A stretch of 64,000 nucleotides of DNA, from IMG/VR virus record IMGVR_UViG_3300033074_002123, positions 62,001 through 126,000 of that record. One strand, 5' to 3'. A program made the translations under genes and the position numbers. The notes beneath the pieces were generated by a model. The model was not told where the DNA came from. It did not search any database and was given only the letters and a program-made list of their open reading frames with translations. Below are positions 1-9,207 of this stretch, piece by piece (positions within the stretch are counted from its first letter, which is position 1; each line of letters begins with the position of its first letter). This DNA is from an uncultured virus (IMG/VR IMGVR_UViG_3300033074_002123). Lineage: Duplodnaviria > Heunggongvirae > Uroviricota > Caudoviricetes.

Positions 1-13
1 ATTCCTGCTTTAC

Positions 14-946
14 TCATATAGAAATATCTGCTTTTATTGTTGGATAAGGATTATAATTAGATAATTGAAAATCATCAAATTGAAATTTGAAAATGTCATT
101 AACAAAAGGATTTAATAACATGGTAGGAAGAGGTTTAGGTGTTCTGCTTAATTGTAACTTAACTTGGTCAATGTGATTTTTATAAATATGAACATCCCCT
201 CCAACCCAAATAAATTCCCCAGGTACCATATTTGTTACTTGAGCTAACATAAGCAAAAGTAAAGAATAAGAAGCTATATTAAAAGGAACTCCTAAAAAAA
301 CATCACAACTTCTTTGATAAAGTTCTAAATCTAAATGATATTTTGGTACACTCATTTCATCAAACCAATCTGCCCAATCTTCTTCTTTCATAGGACCAAC
401 TTTTCTATATTCTTCTTCTAACCCCATTTTCCAACAAATATCTGTTCTTTCTATAGGGTCAATTAATCTAGTATGACATTGAAAAAGAATATGACAAGGT
501 GGTAAAGCCATATTAGATAATTCTTTGGGATTCCAAGCTGTTACTATATGTCTTCTAGAATCAGGATTATTTGTAAGAGAAAATACTAACTGAGCAATTT
601 GGTCAACACCTTTATCTCCCTTAATAATATTAAATTGTTCAGCAAACCTCCTCCATTGAGCCCCATAAATTCTACCCAGTTCTCCATTAGCATCTGCCCA
701 TTCATCCCAAATAGTAACCCCTTTTTCTTGTAAAGCCTTAATATTGGTATCACCACTTAACATCCACAAAAGTTCATAAATAATTGATTTTAAGTGAATT
801 TTTTTAGTAGTCATTAAAGGGAAACCATCTTTAAGTGGAAATCTCATCAAATAACCATTCACACCAATAGTCCCAGTCCCTGTTCTATCTTTTTTTTCAT
901 AACCATTTTCTAAAATATGGTTAAGAAGGTCTAAATACTGTTTCAT
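14..946 (-). CDS. thyA: Thymidylate synthase
   Basis: DRTGTGT, LPPCH (catalytic Cys), YQRSCD and GVPFN motifs; an internal insertion precedes YQRS. Confidence 0.97.
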   Translation of the reverse strand: MKQYLDLLNHILENGYEKKDRTGTGTIGVNGYLMRFPLKDGFPLMTTKKIHLKSIIYELLWMLSGDTNIKALQEKGVTIWDEWADANGELGRIYGAQWRRFAEQFNIIKGDKGVDQIAQLVFSLTNNPDSRRHIVTAWNPKELSNMALPPCHILFQCHTRLIDPIERTDICWKMGLEEEYRKVGPMKEEDWADWFDEMSVPKYHLDLELYQRSCDVFLGVPFNIASYSLLLLMLAQVTNMVPGEFIWVGGDVHIYKNHIDQVKLQLSRTPKPLPTMLLNPFVNDIFKFQFDDFQLSNYNPYPTIKADISI

Positions 947-1188
947 GCTGCAGATAATTTTCTATGTTTTTTCCTTAAGAAAAACCCATGAGTTTTTCTA
1001 TTAAAATGTTTAGCTTTACAACTTACACTATGAGCCACTCTAGGGATACCCCAAGAACCTCCTGTCATCATACTCATTACAGTACCTGACCTCATATTTT
1101 TTGATTGACCACCATATTTCTTATTACTCTTACCTTTCCTTCTTACAACCTTTTGTAGTCTAACTCTTTGTTTTTGTGAATCTGCCAT
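943..1188 (-). CDS. Small Lys/Arg-rich hypothetical protein
   Basis: 81 aa ORF filling the gap between genes; 4-nt ATGA overlap with thyA. Confidence 0.6.
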   Translation of the reverse strand: MADSQKQRVRLQKVVRRKGKSNKKYGGQSKNMRSGTVMSMMTGGSWGIPRVAHSVSCKAKHFNRKTHGFFLRKKHRKLSAA

Positions 1189-1202
1189 TGTTATATATTT
1201 TT

Positions 1203-1664
1203 TTAGTGAGTATTAAAATAAGTTCTTCTTGTATATTCAGCAATTAAAACAGCATCTGCTTGATATAAATAAATTTTATCCTTGGGAAATAGCCTTTGAG
1301 CTACTTTTAATAAATCATTTTTCCATTCAGTCATACTTTGATTAGGCCCCTTTTTCATACCATATGATTTCATCCATCTTTGTGGAGTAACTAAATCATA
1401 AGGTATTTTATTAGCTTCTAGAGCTGTTTTAGTAATACCATTTATTTCCCCAAAAGAAAAAGCTACTTTATGAGAATTACCTGGAAAAGAGTGAACATTC
1501 TCAACTAAACAAAAAATACTTTCTTTCCCCCATTTATTTAAAAAATAAAGAAAATCTTGAATAGTAGGTGGAGTTTTGATGATTTCTATAAGTAAACCTT
1601 CTCTATCTACAATAGCTATAGCCCCTCCAGAGCCAATATCAATCCCCATAAAATATGCTGCCAT
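1203..1664 (-). CDS. RuvC-like Holliday junction resolvase
   Basis: N-terminal GIDIG, central VENV, V-T-P-x-x-W-M-K and C-terminal ADAVLIA give the RuvC acidic-residue pattern. Confidence 0.85.
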   Translation of the reverse strand: MAAYFMGIDIGSGGAIAIVDREGLLIEIIKTPPTIQDFLYFLNKWGKESIFCLVENVHSFPGNSHKVAFSFGEINGITKTALEANKIPYDLVTPQRWMKSYGMKKGPNQSMTEWKNDLLKVAQRLFPKDKIYLYQADAVLIAEYTRRTYFNTH

Positions 1665-1962
1665 CTGGTAAATTATTTTTAAGTTTAGTTAAAGTTTGAA
1701 TAGCCTTATTTTTAAATATATTTATTTTTTCACTTAAACTAGGACCATTATTATCATCAAGCAATACAGCTTCTAAATGAGTAATAGGACATTGAGTAAG
1801 AAAAGTATTATGCCTAACTAAATTAAAATAAGTTTTCTCATCAATATATGAAAGAAAATAGATATCATCAGGTCTATTATCTAAATTAAAAAAATCTAAA
1901 TCAGCCTTTTGACACTTCTTAACATCCAAAATAGTTTCTGGTATAATTAATATTCTATGCAT
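1639..1962 (-). CDS. Hypothetical protein
   Basis: 107 aa ORF in tight operon packing. Confidence 0.6.
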   Translation of the reverse strand: MHRILIIPETILDVKKCQKADLDFFNLDNRPDDIYFLSYIDEKTYFNLVRHNTFLTQCPITHLEAVLLDDNNGPSLSEKINIFKNKAIQTLTKLKNNLPDGSIFYGD

Positions 1963-1967
1963 TTTTA

Positions 1968-3944
1968 TTAAGATTCATTTACTAATAAAGTTGCTTCAGA
2001 ACTATCTTTAATTACAGTAATTAAATTAGGAAAAGTTTTTTCATGACTAGCATGAGTAATAAGCAAAATAGTCTTTTCCAAATTATTAAGATTAAAACAA
2101 ATATTTTCAATACCCTTTTTATCAACACTTTCTAAAATCTCATCAATAAATAATAAATCCAATCCACCTGTTTCACAATTGATATTGATTAAGTGTTGTA
2201 AAGCTAAAATAGTAGCTACTTCTACTCTAGCTTTTTCCCCTTCTGAATACTTATCAAAAGGTCCTTCTTCAATCCCATTTCTTATTATAGTAGCATCTAT
2301 TCTTTCCCTAATTTCTTTATTAGCCAATACAGTAAAACCATCTAAATATAAACTCAAATCCATTTTAGCTCTTTGCATAAATTGATTAGCCAACCCAGAT
2401 ATTTGAGATAAAGATTCATTAGCTAAATAAGAAGAAAACATAATAAAATTATATTTCCATTGGTCAATATCAAATATTTGGTTATCTAAGCTTAATTTAG
2501 TTTTTTCTAAATTAGATTTTTTAATTGTGGCTAAATCAATTTTATCCTGTAGTTGTTTAATATTGTCCTCAATAGAATCTAATTTGACATCTTTTTTACT
2601 TTGTTCTAAATCTAAATTTAATTTTTCAATATGTTCTATGTGAGATTGGTTAGTTTTAATTAAAGCCTCATCTAAACTTTTGTCAGTTTTTAATTTATTA
2701 AGTTGTTTTTGAAGTAAAGATTGAGAATTAACTTTTTCTTTTTTAGACTTATTATGAAGAGTAATTGTAGTTCTAGCTTTAGTTTGAGCTTGTTGTTGTT
2801 CTATTATCAATTTTTCATTAGTTAAAATAGAAGTAGATAATTCTTTAATAGCTTCTTCTATTTCAGGGATAACTTTTCTAGCTTCTTCAATATCTAAATT
2901 TTCATCAGTCACAGAAAATTCATATTGACAATTAGGACATTTAACAACAGAAATTAAACCTTTTTCAGCTTCAAGCTTAAGTAATTCAAGTTCTCTTTTT
3001 TGATTAAAAATATCAATATTAGCAGAAGAAATAGATTTAATAGAAATTGTACAATTATTATCTATTTTTTCATAGCTACTAATAGCCTCATCTAACTTTC
3101 CTATTTCCTCATCTATATTCTTAATGTCTTTACCAATTTTTTCAATGCTAGGTTGATAAGTGGAAATTCTTTGAGTAAGATTATGAATAACTACTTGATT
3201 TTCTTGAATTAAAGTATTATTAGTAGTGATTTGGTCATCAATACCTTTAATAATAGCAGCCTTTTCCTTTTTTAAGTCTCTTTTCTTTTGGTCTTCTATA
3301 CTTTCTTTATAAAGTTCAATTTTAACAGTCAAAGAACTAATATTATTGTTACAAGTTGTTTGCTCTTCAACTAATTTTTCAACTTCTTCATCAACCAATT
3401 TATCAATCCCTTTAATTAAATCAGCCCCAGAAAACCTACTAATGATATCCTTCTTTTCAGTATCTGATGAATAATAAAAAGAAATTGCTCTTTTCTTAGA
3501 TAAAACAAAATAATTAAGCAAATCTTTTTTATTTATTCCAATTAGTTTAAGTAAAAATTCATTCCCTAAACCAATTGAACTAAATTTATCTTGCTGGTCT
3601 TTACCATCTAAAACTATTTTAAGTTTAGAAGATTTAGTAAGAAAAAGTTGTCTCTCTATTTGTAAGGTTTGATTAGACCTAGAATTATAAAGTAAAAAAT
3701 TAATAGAGGCATTATCTTGATAATCTCTAATCATGACAATATCTCTAATATTTTTTAAGAATTGGCCTGTTAAAGCATAAGCTATTCCCTCAATCAAAAA
3801 ACTTTTCCCACTACCATTTGATTCTTGGTCAAGACTATCATTATTTTGACCTTGAATCAAACAAGTTTTTTCATTTAAAAAATCAAATGTAAGGTCTTTA
3901 TAAGGGCCAAAATTGATAAATTGAATTTGTTTAGGAATCCACAT
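1968..3944 (-). CDS. sbcC: SbcC/Rad50/gp46-like recombination ATPase
   Basis: Walker A NGSGKS, long coiled coils with central CPNC zinc hook, signature YSEGEK, Walker B LLFIDE, H-loop ITH. Confidence 0.93.
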   Translation of the reverse strand: MWIPKQIQFINFGPYKDLTFDFLNEKTCLIQGQNNDSLDQESNGSGKSFLIEGIAYALTGQFLKNIRDIVMIRDYQDNASINFLLYNSRSNQTLQIERQLFLTKSSKLKIVLDGKDQQDKFSSIGLGNEFLLKLIGINKKDLLNYFVLSKKRAISFYYSSDTEKKDIISRFSGADLIKGIDKLVDEEVEKLVEEQTTCNNNISSLTVKIELYKESIEDQKKRDLKKEKAAIIKGIDDQITTNNTLIQENQVVIHNLTQRISTYQPSIEKIGKDIKNIDEEIGKLDEAISSYEKIDNNCTISIKSISSANIDIFNQKRELELLKLEAEKGLISVVKCPNCQYEFSVTDENLDIEEARKVIPEIEEAIKELSTSILTNEKLIIEQQQAQTKARTTITLHNKSKKEKVNSQSLLQKQLNKLKTDKSLDEALIKTNQSHIEHIEKLNLDLEQSKKDVKLDSIEDNIKQLQDKIDLATIKKSNLEKTKLSLDNQIFDIDQWKYNFIMFSSYLANESLSQISGLANQFMQRAKMDLSLYLDGFTVLANKEIRERIDATIIRNGIEEGPFDKYSEGEKARVEVATILALQHLININCETGGLDLLFIDEILESVDKKGIENICFNLNNLEKTILLITHASHEKTFPNLITVIKDSSEATLLVNES

Positions 3945-3946
3945 AA

Positions 3947-5182
3947 TTAATTTTCTACTCCCAATTTTTCATTAACTGCTTTAATTTCCTTAGATAACTG
4001 ATAAAGGGTTAAAGGTTTGTAATAATCTATCTTTTCTTTAAAAGTAGGTTCAACTTCTTTTAAGAAAGGTTCCAAAGGTAATTTGTATTTATCACAAGCT
4101 TGTTTTACTTTATCAGCAAATTTATTCCATTTTCTTGAATATTCTTCTAATTCAAATTGTTTCTTTTCTTCTTCAGTTAACTCAATTAATCCCAATTTAG
4201 CTTTAACTTTTCTTTCAACTTCCTCAATTAATTCAGGATTATCTGCAAAAACACCAATAGCAGCACTTTCACTTTCTCCCAAAATAGTTTCTTGATATAA
4301 AAACTTAGCTCCATCCTTAAAAATGATTTTATGTTTTAAAGCTAACATAAATATGTCATCAATATAAGAAACTCCTTCTCCATAAATAATAACTAATTCA
4401 GCTTCTCTAAAGGGAGGAGCAACTTTATTTTTAACTACTTTAACCTTAACCACATTGCCAATAAGCTCTTTAGCTTCCTCTTCATCCCCCCCTGTTTCAC
4501 TTTTAATAGCACTTATTTTTCTGATATCTATTCTAATAGTAGCATAAAATTTAAGAGCTTTTCCACCAGTAGTTACACTAGGGTCACCAAAAAATACCCC
4601 AATTCTATCTCTTAATTGATTAGTAAAAATAACTAAACAACCACTTTTACTTAATTTACCTACTATTTTTCTCATAGCTTGTGACATCAACCTAGCTTGT
4701 AACCCTACTTTTTGTTCTCCCATTTCCCCATCTATCTCAGCCTTTGGTGTCAAAGCAGCTACTGAATCAACTATAATTAAACTTAGCTCATTTGTTCCCA
4801 ATAATTTATCTAATATTTCTAAAGCTTGTTCCCCATTATCTGGTTGAGAAATAATAAGGTCATTAATTTTTACTCCTAATTTTTCAGCATAATTAGCATC
4901 AAAAGCATGCTCTGAATCAATAAAAGCACAAATACCTTCTTTCTTTTGAGCTTCTGCAATAGCATGTAAAGTAAGAGTAGTTTTACCACTTGATTCAGGA
5001 CCAAATATTTCAACAATTCTACCTTTTGGATAACCACCTACTCCTAAAGCAGCATCTAAACTAATGCTCCCACTAGAAATAACTTCAGGTAAAACTTTTA
5101 CCTCATCATTCAATCTCATTACTGTACCTTGACCATAGGTTTTATTTAATTGGTCTAATACTTGGTCTAATATCTTTCCCAT
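3947..5182 (-). CDS. recA: Recombinase RecA with C-terminal extension
   Basis: [53 protein letters not shown]. Confidence 0.98.
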   Translation of the reverse strand: MGKILDQVLDQLNKTYGQGTVMRLNDEVKVLPEVISSGSISLDAALGVGGYPKGRIVEIFGPESSGKTTLTLHAIAEAQKKEGICAFIDSEHAFDANYAEKLGVKINDLIISQPDNGEQALEILDKLLGTNELSLIIVDSVAALTPKAEIDGEMGEQKVGLQARLMSQAMRKIVGKLSKSGCLVIFTNQLRDRIGVFFGDPSVTTGGKALKFYATIRIDIRKISAIKSETGGDEEEAKELIGNVVKVKVVKNKVAPPFREAELVIIYGEGVSYIDDIFMLALKHKIIFKDGAKFLYQETILGESESAAIGVFADNPELIEEVERKVKAKLGLIELTEEEKKQFELEEYSRKWNKFADKVKQACDKYKLPLEPFLKEVEPTFKEKIDYYKPLTLYQLSKEIKAVNEKLGVEN

Positions 5183-5508
5183 TGTTCTAATTGTTTTGGT
5201 AAATTATTAATTGTTTGTTGTAAAGCCATAATAACATTATTTTTCCCCAAAGCTTCTACTTGAGTTAAAATAAAATCAAAATCTAAAGGTTCTCTTTTTT
5301 CAATAGTAATTTGAGCTAAACCTTTAGCATTAGCATCAAAACCTATCCTTAAAGCTTTGTCAAAACCCACAATAGCTTGTGCTAAATAAGAAGAAGAAGT
5401 TACTTTCCACTTAAATTTTATATGAGTTACCTTAAAATCAATAAAATATTTCATATAAAAAGAAAGTACTTCTAATTGGTCTTCAGGAGACATGGAACTT
5501 ATCAACAT
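5167..5508 (-). CDS. Hypothetical protein
   Basis: 113 aa ORF with short overlaps to both neighbours. Confidence 0.55.
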   Translation of the reverse strand: MLISSMSPEDQLEVLSFYMKYFIDFKVTHIKFKWKVTSSSYLAQAIVGFDKALRIGFDANAKGLAQITIEKREPLDFDFILTQVEALGKNNVIMALQQTINNLPKQLEQWERY

Positions 5509-5749
5509 AATCTTCCCAATTTATCACCAATTCTTCTTCATCAGAAGCATTCATTTGTTCCAAAGTCAAATAATGAACTTTAAGTTTTCCTTCTTTATTA
5601 CCAACTAAAATTAACCCACATCCTTCACAAATTCCAACATTAATGAAGTGGTTTTCTTTTAACTTAGCAAATTCTGCATAAACATCAATATCTGGTTTAC
5701 AATCCTCACCAAACATATGCCCTGTACAAATATTACAAAAATCAGCCAT
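5483..5749 (-). CDS. Small putative zinc-binding protein
   Basis: Two CxxC pairs (CNIC, CEGC). Confidence 0.65.
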   Translation of the reverse strand: MADFCNICTGHMFGEDCKPDIDVYAEFAKLKENHFINVGICEGCGLILVGNKEGKLKVHYLTLEQMNASDEEELVINWEDYVDKFHVS

Positions 5750-5750
5750 T

Positions 5751-6230
5751 TTATTTCAAATTAAGAATGTAAGTGATTAATTTCCCAATATTCAAATAAT
5801 CTTTTTTTCTTCCCATCTTTAAACGAGCAGAAATAATTTTATTTACAGGGTTAACCAAAATAGAGTGATTAGTAAAAGCTTTTGGATACCAAAAGAAAGT
5901 CTCTTCAGAAACACTTTCTTCAAAAATATCAATGGCCCATCCCTTAAAAATAAATTGATATTTGACTAACCAACCATATTTCTCATTAAATTGATAAAGT
6001 GGATTAGCTGCAGCTAAAGTAGCTAAAGTTTGCCTATCTTTTTGGGAAAGGTTTGAAGAAACTACAAGGTCAACTTCATCTTTAACAGTAGGTAAAGGCT
6101 CTAAACCATGTAAAAACATAGCCCAAGACCCTCCAATAACTAATTTAGCTTCTAAAAAACTATTAAGCTCAGTAACAATAAGTTTAAGTTGTCCAAGTCT
6201 TGATTCAATAGATATCATTTGACTATCCAT
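5751..6230 (-). CDS. Putative nucleotidyltransferase-fold protein
   Basis: VIGGS-x-A-x-x-LHG followed by DEVDLVV, a later IDIF and C-terminal GRKKD, typical of minimal Pol-beta-like NTases. Confidence 0.6.
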   Translation of the reverse strand: MDSQMISIESRLGQLKLIVTELNSFLEAKLVIGGSWAMFLHGLEPLPTVKDEVDLVVSSNLSQKDRQTLATLAAANPLYQFNEKYGWLVKYQFIFKGWAIDIFEESVSEETFFWYPKAFTNHSILVNPVNKIISARLKMGRKKDYLNIGKLITYILNLK

Positions 6231-6231
6231 A

Positions 6232-7290
6232 TTACAATTTTATTTGTTTAGTTAAAAATTCCAGTCCTTTTTGTTCATTTAATTTATTTTTCTTACAAAA
6301 CTCCTTAAACTTACTAAGAATAAGATTCTTATCAAGTTTAGTAAAATTTTGAGTAGAAACTTCTTTAATAGTGTCAGCAATTTTGGGATTCTTAAATTTA
6401 ATATCAATCCCATATAAAAGAAAAACTCCTTTATCAAGGGCTTTTAAACTACTTTCCTTCCCAGAAAAAACAAATCTATATCTATGAAGAGAAGTTTGTT
6501 TTTCTTTAGCTATTTGAATGACCTTATCTAATTCAATTTCATCTAAATTAAATTCTAAAGTATGAAATTGAACAAATTCTCTTAAAATAAAATCAATAGT
6601 TCCATCATCATATAAAATAGTAAAACCTTTATCATTATCTTCACCAAAATTAGTTGGGTAAGGGGAACCAATATAAACAACATTAGCTCCCACATTAGAT
6701 TTATTGTGATAATGACCTACAAAAACAGTTTCAAAAGGTGAAAATAATTTAGCATTAAGGTCATTTTCAACTAAATTATAATCATTATTTCTCACTCCAT
6801 TTACAGCTATATGAGTAAAAAGAATGTGTCTCTCAGTTGGATAAGTTTTATTTAAATCTTTGATATTAGATAAACACTCTTTTAAATATGTAGAATAAGT
6901 TGTTTTCTCATCAAAATAAGGAATAAAATGAAAGGTTAATCCCTTCATATTTTCAACATGAAAAAAGGCATATTGTCTAAATATCTTAACATTTGGATGA
7001 AATTTATATTCATCTAAATAGCTATTTTCACTCTTATAATCTACCTTATCATGATTACCAGGAATGATAATAACTTCCAAAGATATTTTCTCTAAAATAG
7101 CCCCAAAAGTATTTAAAACAGCCAAAGGCTGAGCATTTCTAGATTCAAAAATGTCTCCTAACACAATGATTCTAGAAATGCCCAATTCTTTAGCTTTTTG
7201 CTCAGCTTCTAAAAAGAGTTTTTCAACAACTCTAATATTAGAAGGAGTTAAATGTGGGTCTGTGAATAATAAACTAATAGGTTTTTTCAC
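6232..7290 (-). CDS. sbcD: SbcD/Mre11/gp47-like metallophosphoesterase nuclease
   Basis: TDPH, LGDIF, PGNHD, FTH, GHYH, YIGS motifs; near the SbcC-like gene; GTG start. Confidence 0.93.
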   Translation of the reverse strand: MKKPISLLFTDPHLTPSNIRVVEKLFLEAEQKAKELGISRIIVLGDIFESRNAQPLAVLNTFGAILEKISLEVIIIPGNHDKVDYKSENSYLDEYKFHPNVKIFRQYAFFHVENMKGLTFHFIPYFDEKTTYSTYLKECLSNIKDLNKTYPTERHILFTHIAVNGVRNNDYNLVENDLNAKLFSPFETVFVGHYHNKSNVGANVVYIGSPYPTNFGEDNDKGFTILYDDGTIDFILREFVQFHTLEFNLDEIELDKVIQIAKEKQTSLHRYRFVFSGKESSLKALDKGVFLLYGIDIKFKNPKIADTIKEVSTQNFTKLDKNLILSKFKEFCKKNKLNEQKGLEFLTKQIKL

Positions 7291-8544
7291 TTACTTATTC
7301 TCTTTCTTACTTAATCTATCTCTGAATTTTGAAATTGTGGCTGGAGAGCTTTTCTCCACTTTAACAACAACTGGTTTAACTGCTGATTCCTCTTCTGGTT
7401 CAGGGTCAAGTTCAGGTTCAGGCTCAGGCTCAGGTTCAGGCTCAGGTTCTATCCCTAAAACTTCCCTAATTTTATCCCTTACCTGGTCATCTGAATCTGT
7501 TTTATAAACAACAACATTAAGAGCAGAATTTTTAATATACCTCTTAAGTTTTTCCCTATCCATTTTATCAAATTCATCTCCCTTCTCAAAAGGTAAATCA
7601 TCTTCCTCTTTACCCTTTTCTTCTTCCTTTTCCTTCTCTTCCTCTTTATCTTCAGGGTAATAAGCAGCAATTTCTTCACAAATAGTTAACCACTCATCAT
7701 CTGCAAAAGCTCCAAAACCTTTTTCTTCATCTAATCTTTTTAAACCTTCTACTTGTTTATCAAAATCAGATGTTTTAAAAGTACCCTCAAACAATGATTC
7801 TAAAGAATCCAAAGCAAAGAATTCCATAAGTTCTTCATCAGTTAACTTATAGTTCCCTCTCCATTCAATATTACAAGAATAAACATCTTTCTTATCTTTA
7901 GCTTTGGGTTTATATTCAATAATGACAGCCTTGCCATCATCTGGGTCTGAAAAAGGGTCAACTTGAATAGGTTCATTACCTTTTTCAGTAATAGACAGTT
8001 TATTAAGCTGTTTTTTCACTCCATCACTTATTTCAAGTAAACCAAATTCATTACCCTTTTCTGAAATTCTCTTAGCATAAACAACCCATGAAGTTTTGGG
8101 TCTTTGACCATCTCTCCAATCCAAAACATCCTTCATCAATTTTTTAACTTCTTTTTCTGGGTCTTCTACACCTTCTTCAGTTTTCTCTGCAGTTAATTTT
8201 TCCTCAACATACTTAAGGTATTCCTCTACCAAATCTTTTGGTGTACTACCATGAACCCTTGAATTGAAAATGGGTTTCCTTTTAACTTCTTTTGTCTTTT
8301 CTCCATCTTCATCAGTTACTTCCACTTCCAAATTAAGCCAGCTAACAACTTTTGGATAAATATAACTTTTACAATTAGGATGAGCTGGGAAAATCCTAAT
8401 TTTATTTGTTCCAGGTTTCAAAGAAAGAAAATCAGCCCTGTTACCTTTTTGGTGGGATTTGACTAATTTCTCTACAACCTCTTCTTGTTCCTGTAAGTCT
8501 ACTATTGGAGTAGCTTTAAACTTACTTCTGTCAAACTTTGCCAT
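7291..8544 (-). CDS. Putative single-stranded DNA-binding protein (gp32-like)
   Basis: LKPGTNKIRIFP start, DPFSDPDDG motif, acidic C-terminal region with DDLPF and an (EP)n linker; lies in the recombination cluster. Confidence 0.7.
   Translation of the reverse strand: MAKFDRSKFKATPIVDLQEQEEVVEKLVKSHQKGNRADFLSLKPGTNKIRIFPAHPNCKSYIYPKVVSWLNLEVEVTDEDGEKTKEVKRKPIFNSRVHGSTPKDLVEEYLKYVEEKLTAEKTEEGVEDPEKEVKKLMKDVLDWRDGQRPKTSWVVYAKRISEKGNEFGLLEISDGVKKQLNKLSITEKGNEPIQVDPFSDPDDGKAVIIEYKPKAKDKKDVYSCNIEWRGNYKLTDEELMEFFALDSLESLFEGTFKTSDFDKQVEGLKRLDEEKGFGAFADDEWLTICEEIAAYYPEDKEEEKEKEEEKGKEEDDLPFEKGDEFDKMDREKLKRYIKNSALNVVVYKTDSDDQVRDKIREVLGIEPEPEPEPEPEPELDPEPEEESAVKPVVVKVEKSSPATISKFRDRLSKKENK
7397..7449. 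repeat. Tandem 6-bp repeat (GGYTCA)n encoding a Glu-Pro linker
   Basis: ggttcaggctcaggctcaggttcaggctcaggttc on the + strand; EPEPEPEPEPEPELDPEPE in the protein. Confidence 0.9.
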
Positions 8545-8558
8545 GATTTTTTTAAGTT

Positions 8559-9101
8559 TTATTGTTTTGTACCTATTGGATTGAATTTTTTAACTAGCAT
8601 ATCATTTATCTTACCTTCAATAATCTCATGCTCAAACTCTTCAGGTTTTAAGAATTGAGAAAGGTTGTCCAATTTTTTATCTTTACTCTGTAAAGCCCAA
8701 TATAAAGAATCAATTAAAGATTTATTATAAGCTAATTTATCCATTTTTCTTCTATGAGCAAGATAAACTTCATCTTGAACTAAAGCAGAATCAATTTGAG
8801 CTATAGTGGGAGATTTTCCTAAAACTTTAGTAAGTTCCTCTCTATGAGAATCAGTTAACTTAGCAGCTAAAACATCAAAATCAAGTTTAGCTCCATTTAT
8901 TTCATTCTCTAATTCAGCCTTCAAATTACCTACTCTATTTAATAAAGTAGAAATTGTTACTATTTCTCCATAAATATTCTCATAATGAATTTTAGTTAAA
9001 TCATCAACATCAATTTCATCAAAATCCCTATAAGAAATAGTAATAATTTTAGACCCTAAGTCAATTTTTACTACCTTTAGTGTAGTTTCTTCTGTTGTCA
9101 T
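8559..9101 (-). CDS. Putative UvsY-like recombination mediator
   Basis: Helical ~180 aa protein with PTIAQIDSAL...YL pattern; position between polymerase and SSB-like gene. Confidence 0.5.
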   Translation of the reverse strand: MTTEETTLKVVKIDLGSKIITISYRDFDEIDVDDLTKIHYENIYGEIVTISTLLNRVGNLKAELENEINGAKLDFDVLAAKLTDSHREELTKVLGKSPTIAQIDSALVQDEVYLAHRRKMDKLAYNKSLIDSLYWALQSKDKKLDNLSQFLKPEEFEHEIIEGKINDMLVKKFNPIGTKQ

Positions 9102-9152
9102 AATAATATCAAGTTTTTCTGAATTTTATATACGATTTTTAATCCTTTTCAA

Positions 9153-9184
9153 TAAAATTAATAAAAGCCGAAAACCTTTCCAAG
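9153..9184 (-). promoter_or_regulatory. Bacteroidota-type promoter CTTG-N20-TAATTTTA
   Basis: Same 20-nt spacing as five other intergenic copies. Confidence 0.65.
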
Positions 9185-9207
9185 TATAAAGTTTAGAAAA
9201 GAGCACT

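Noticed and set aside
14..946. ThyA homologue as a pyrimidine hydroxymethylase feeding putrescinyl-T-type modification
   Set aside because: Canonical ThyA motifs are retained and no recognisable 5hmU-pathway transferase is present; genes outside the window cannot be excluded
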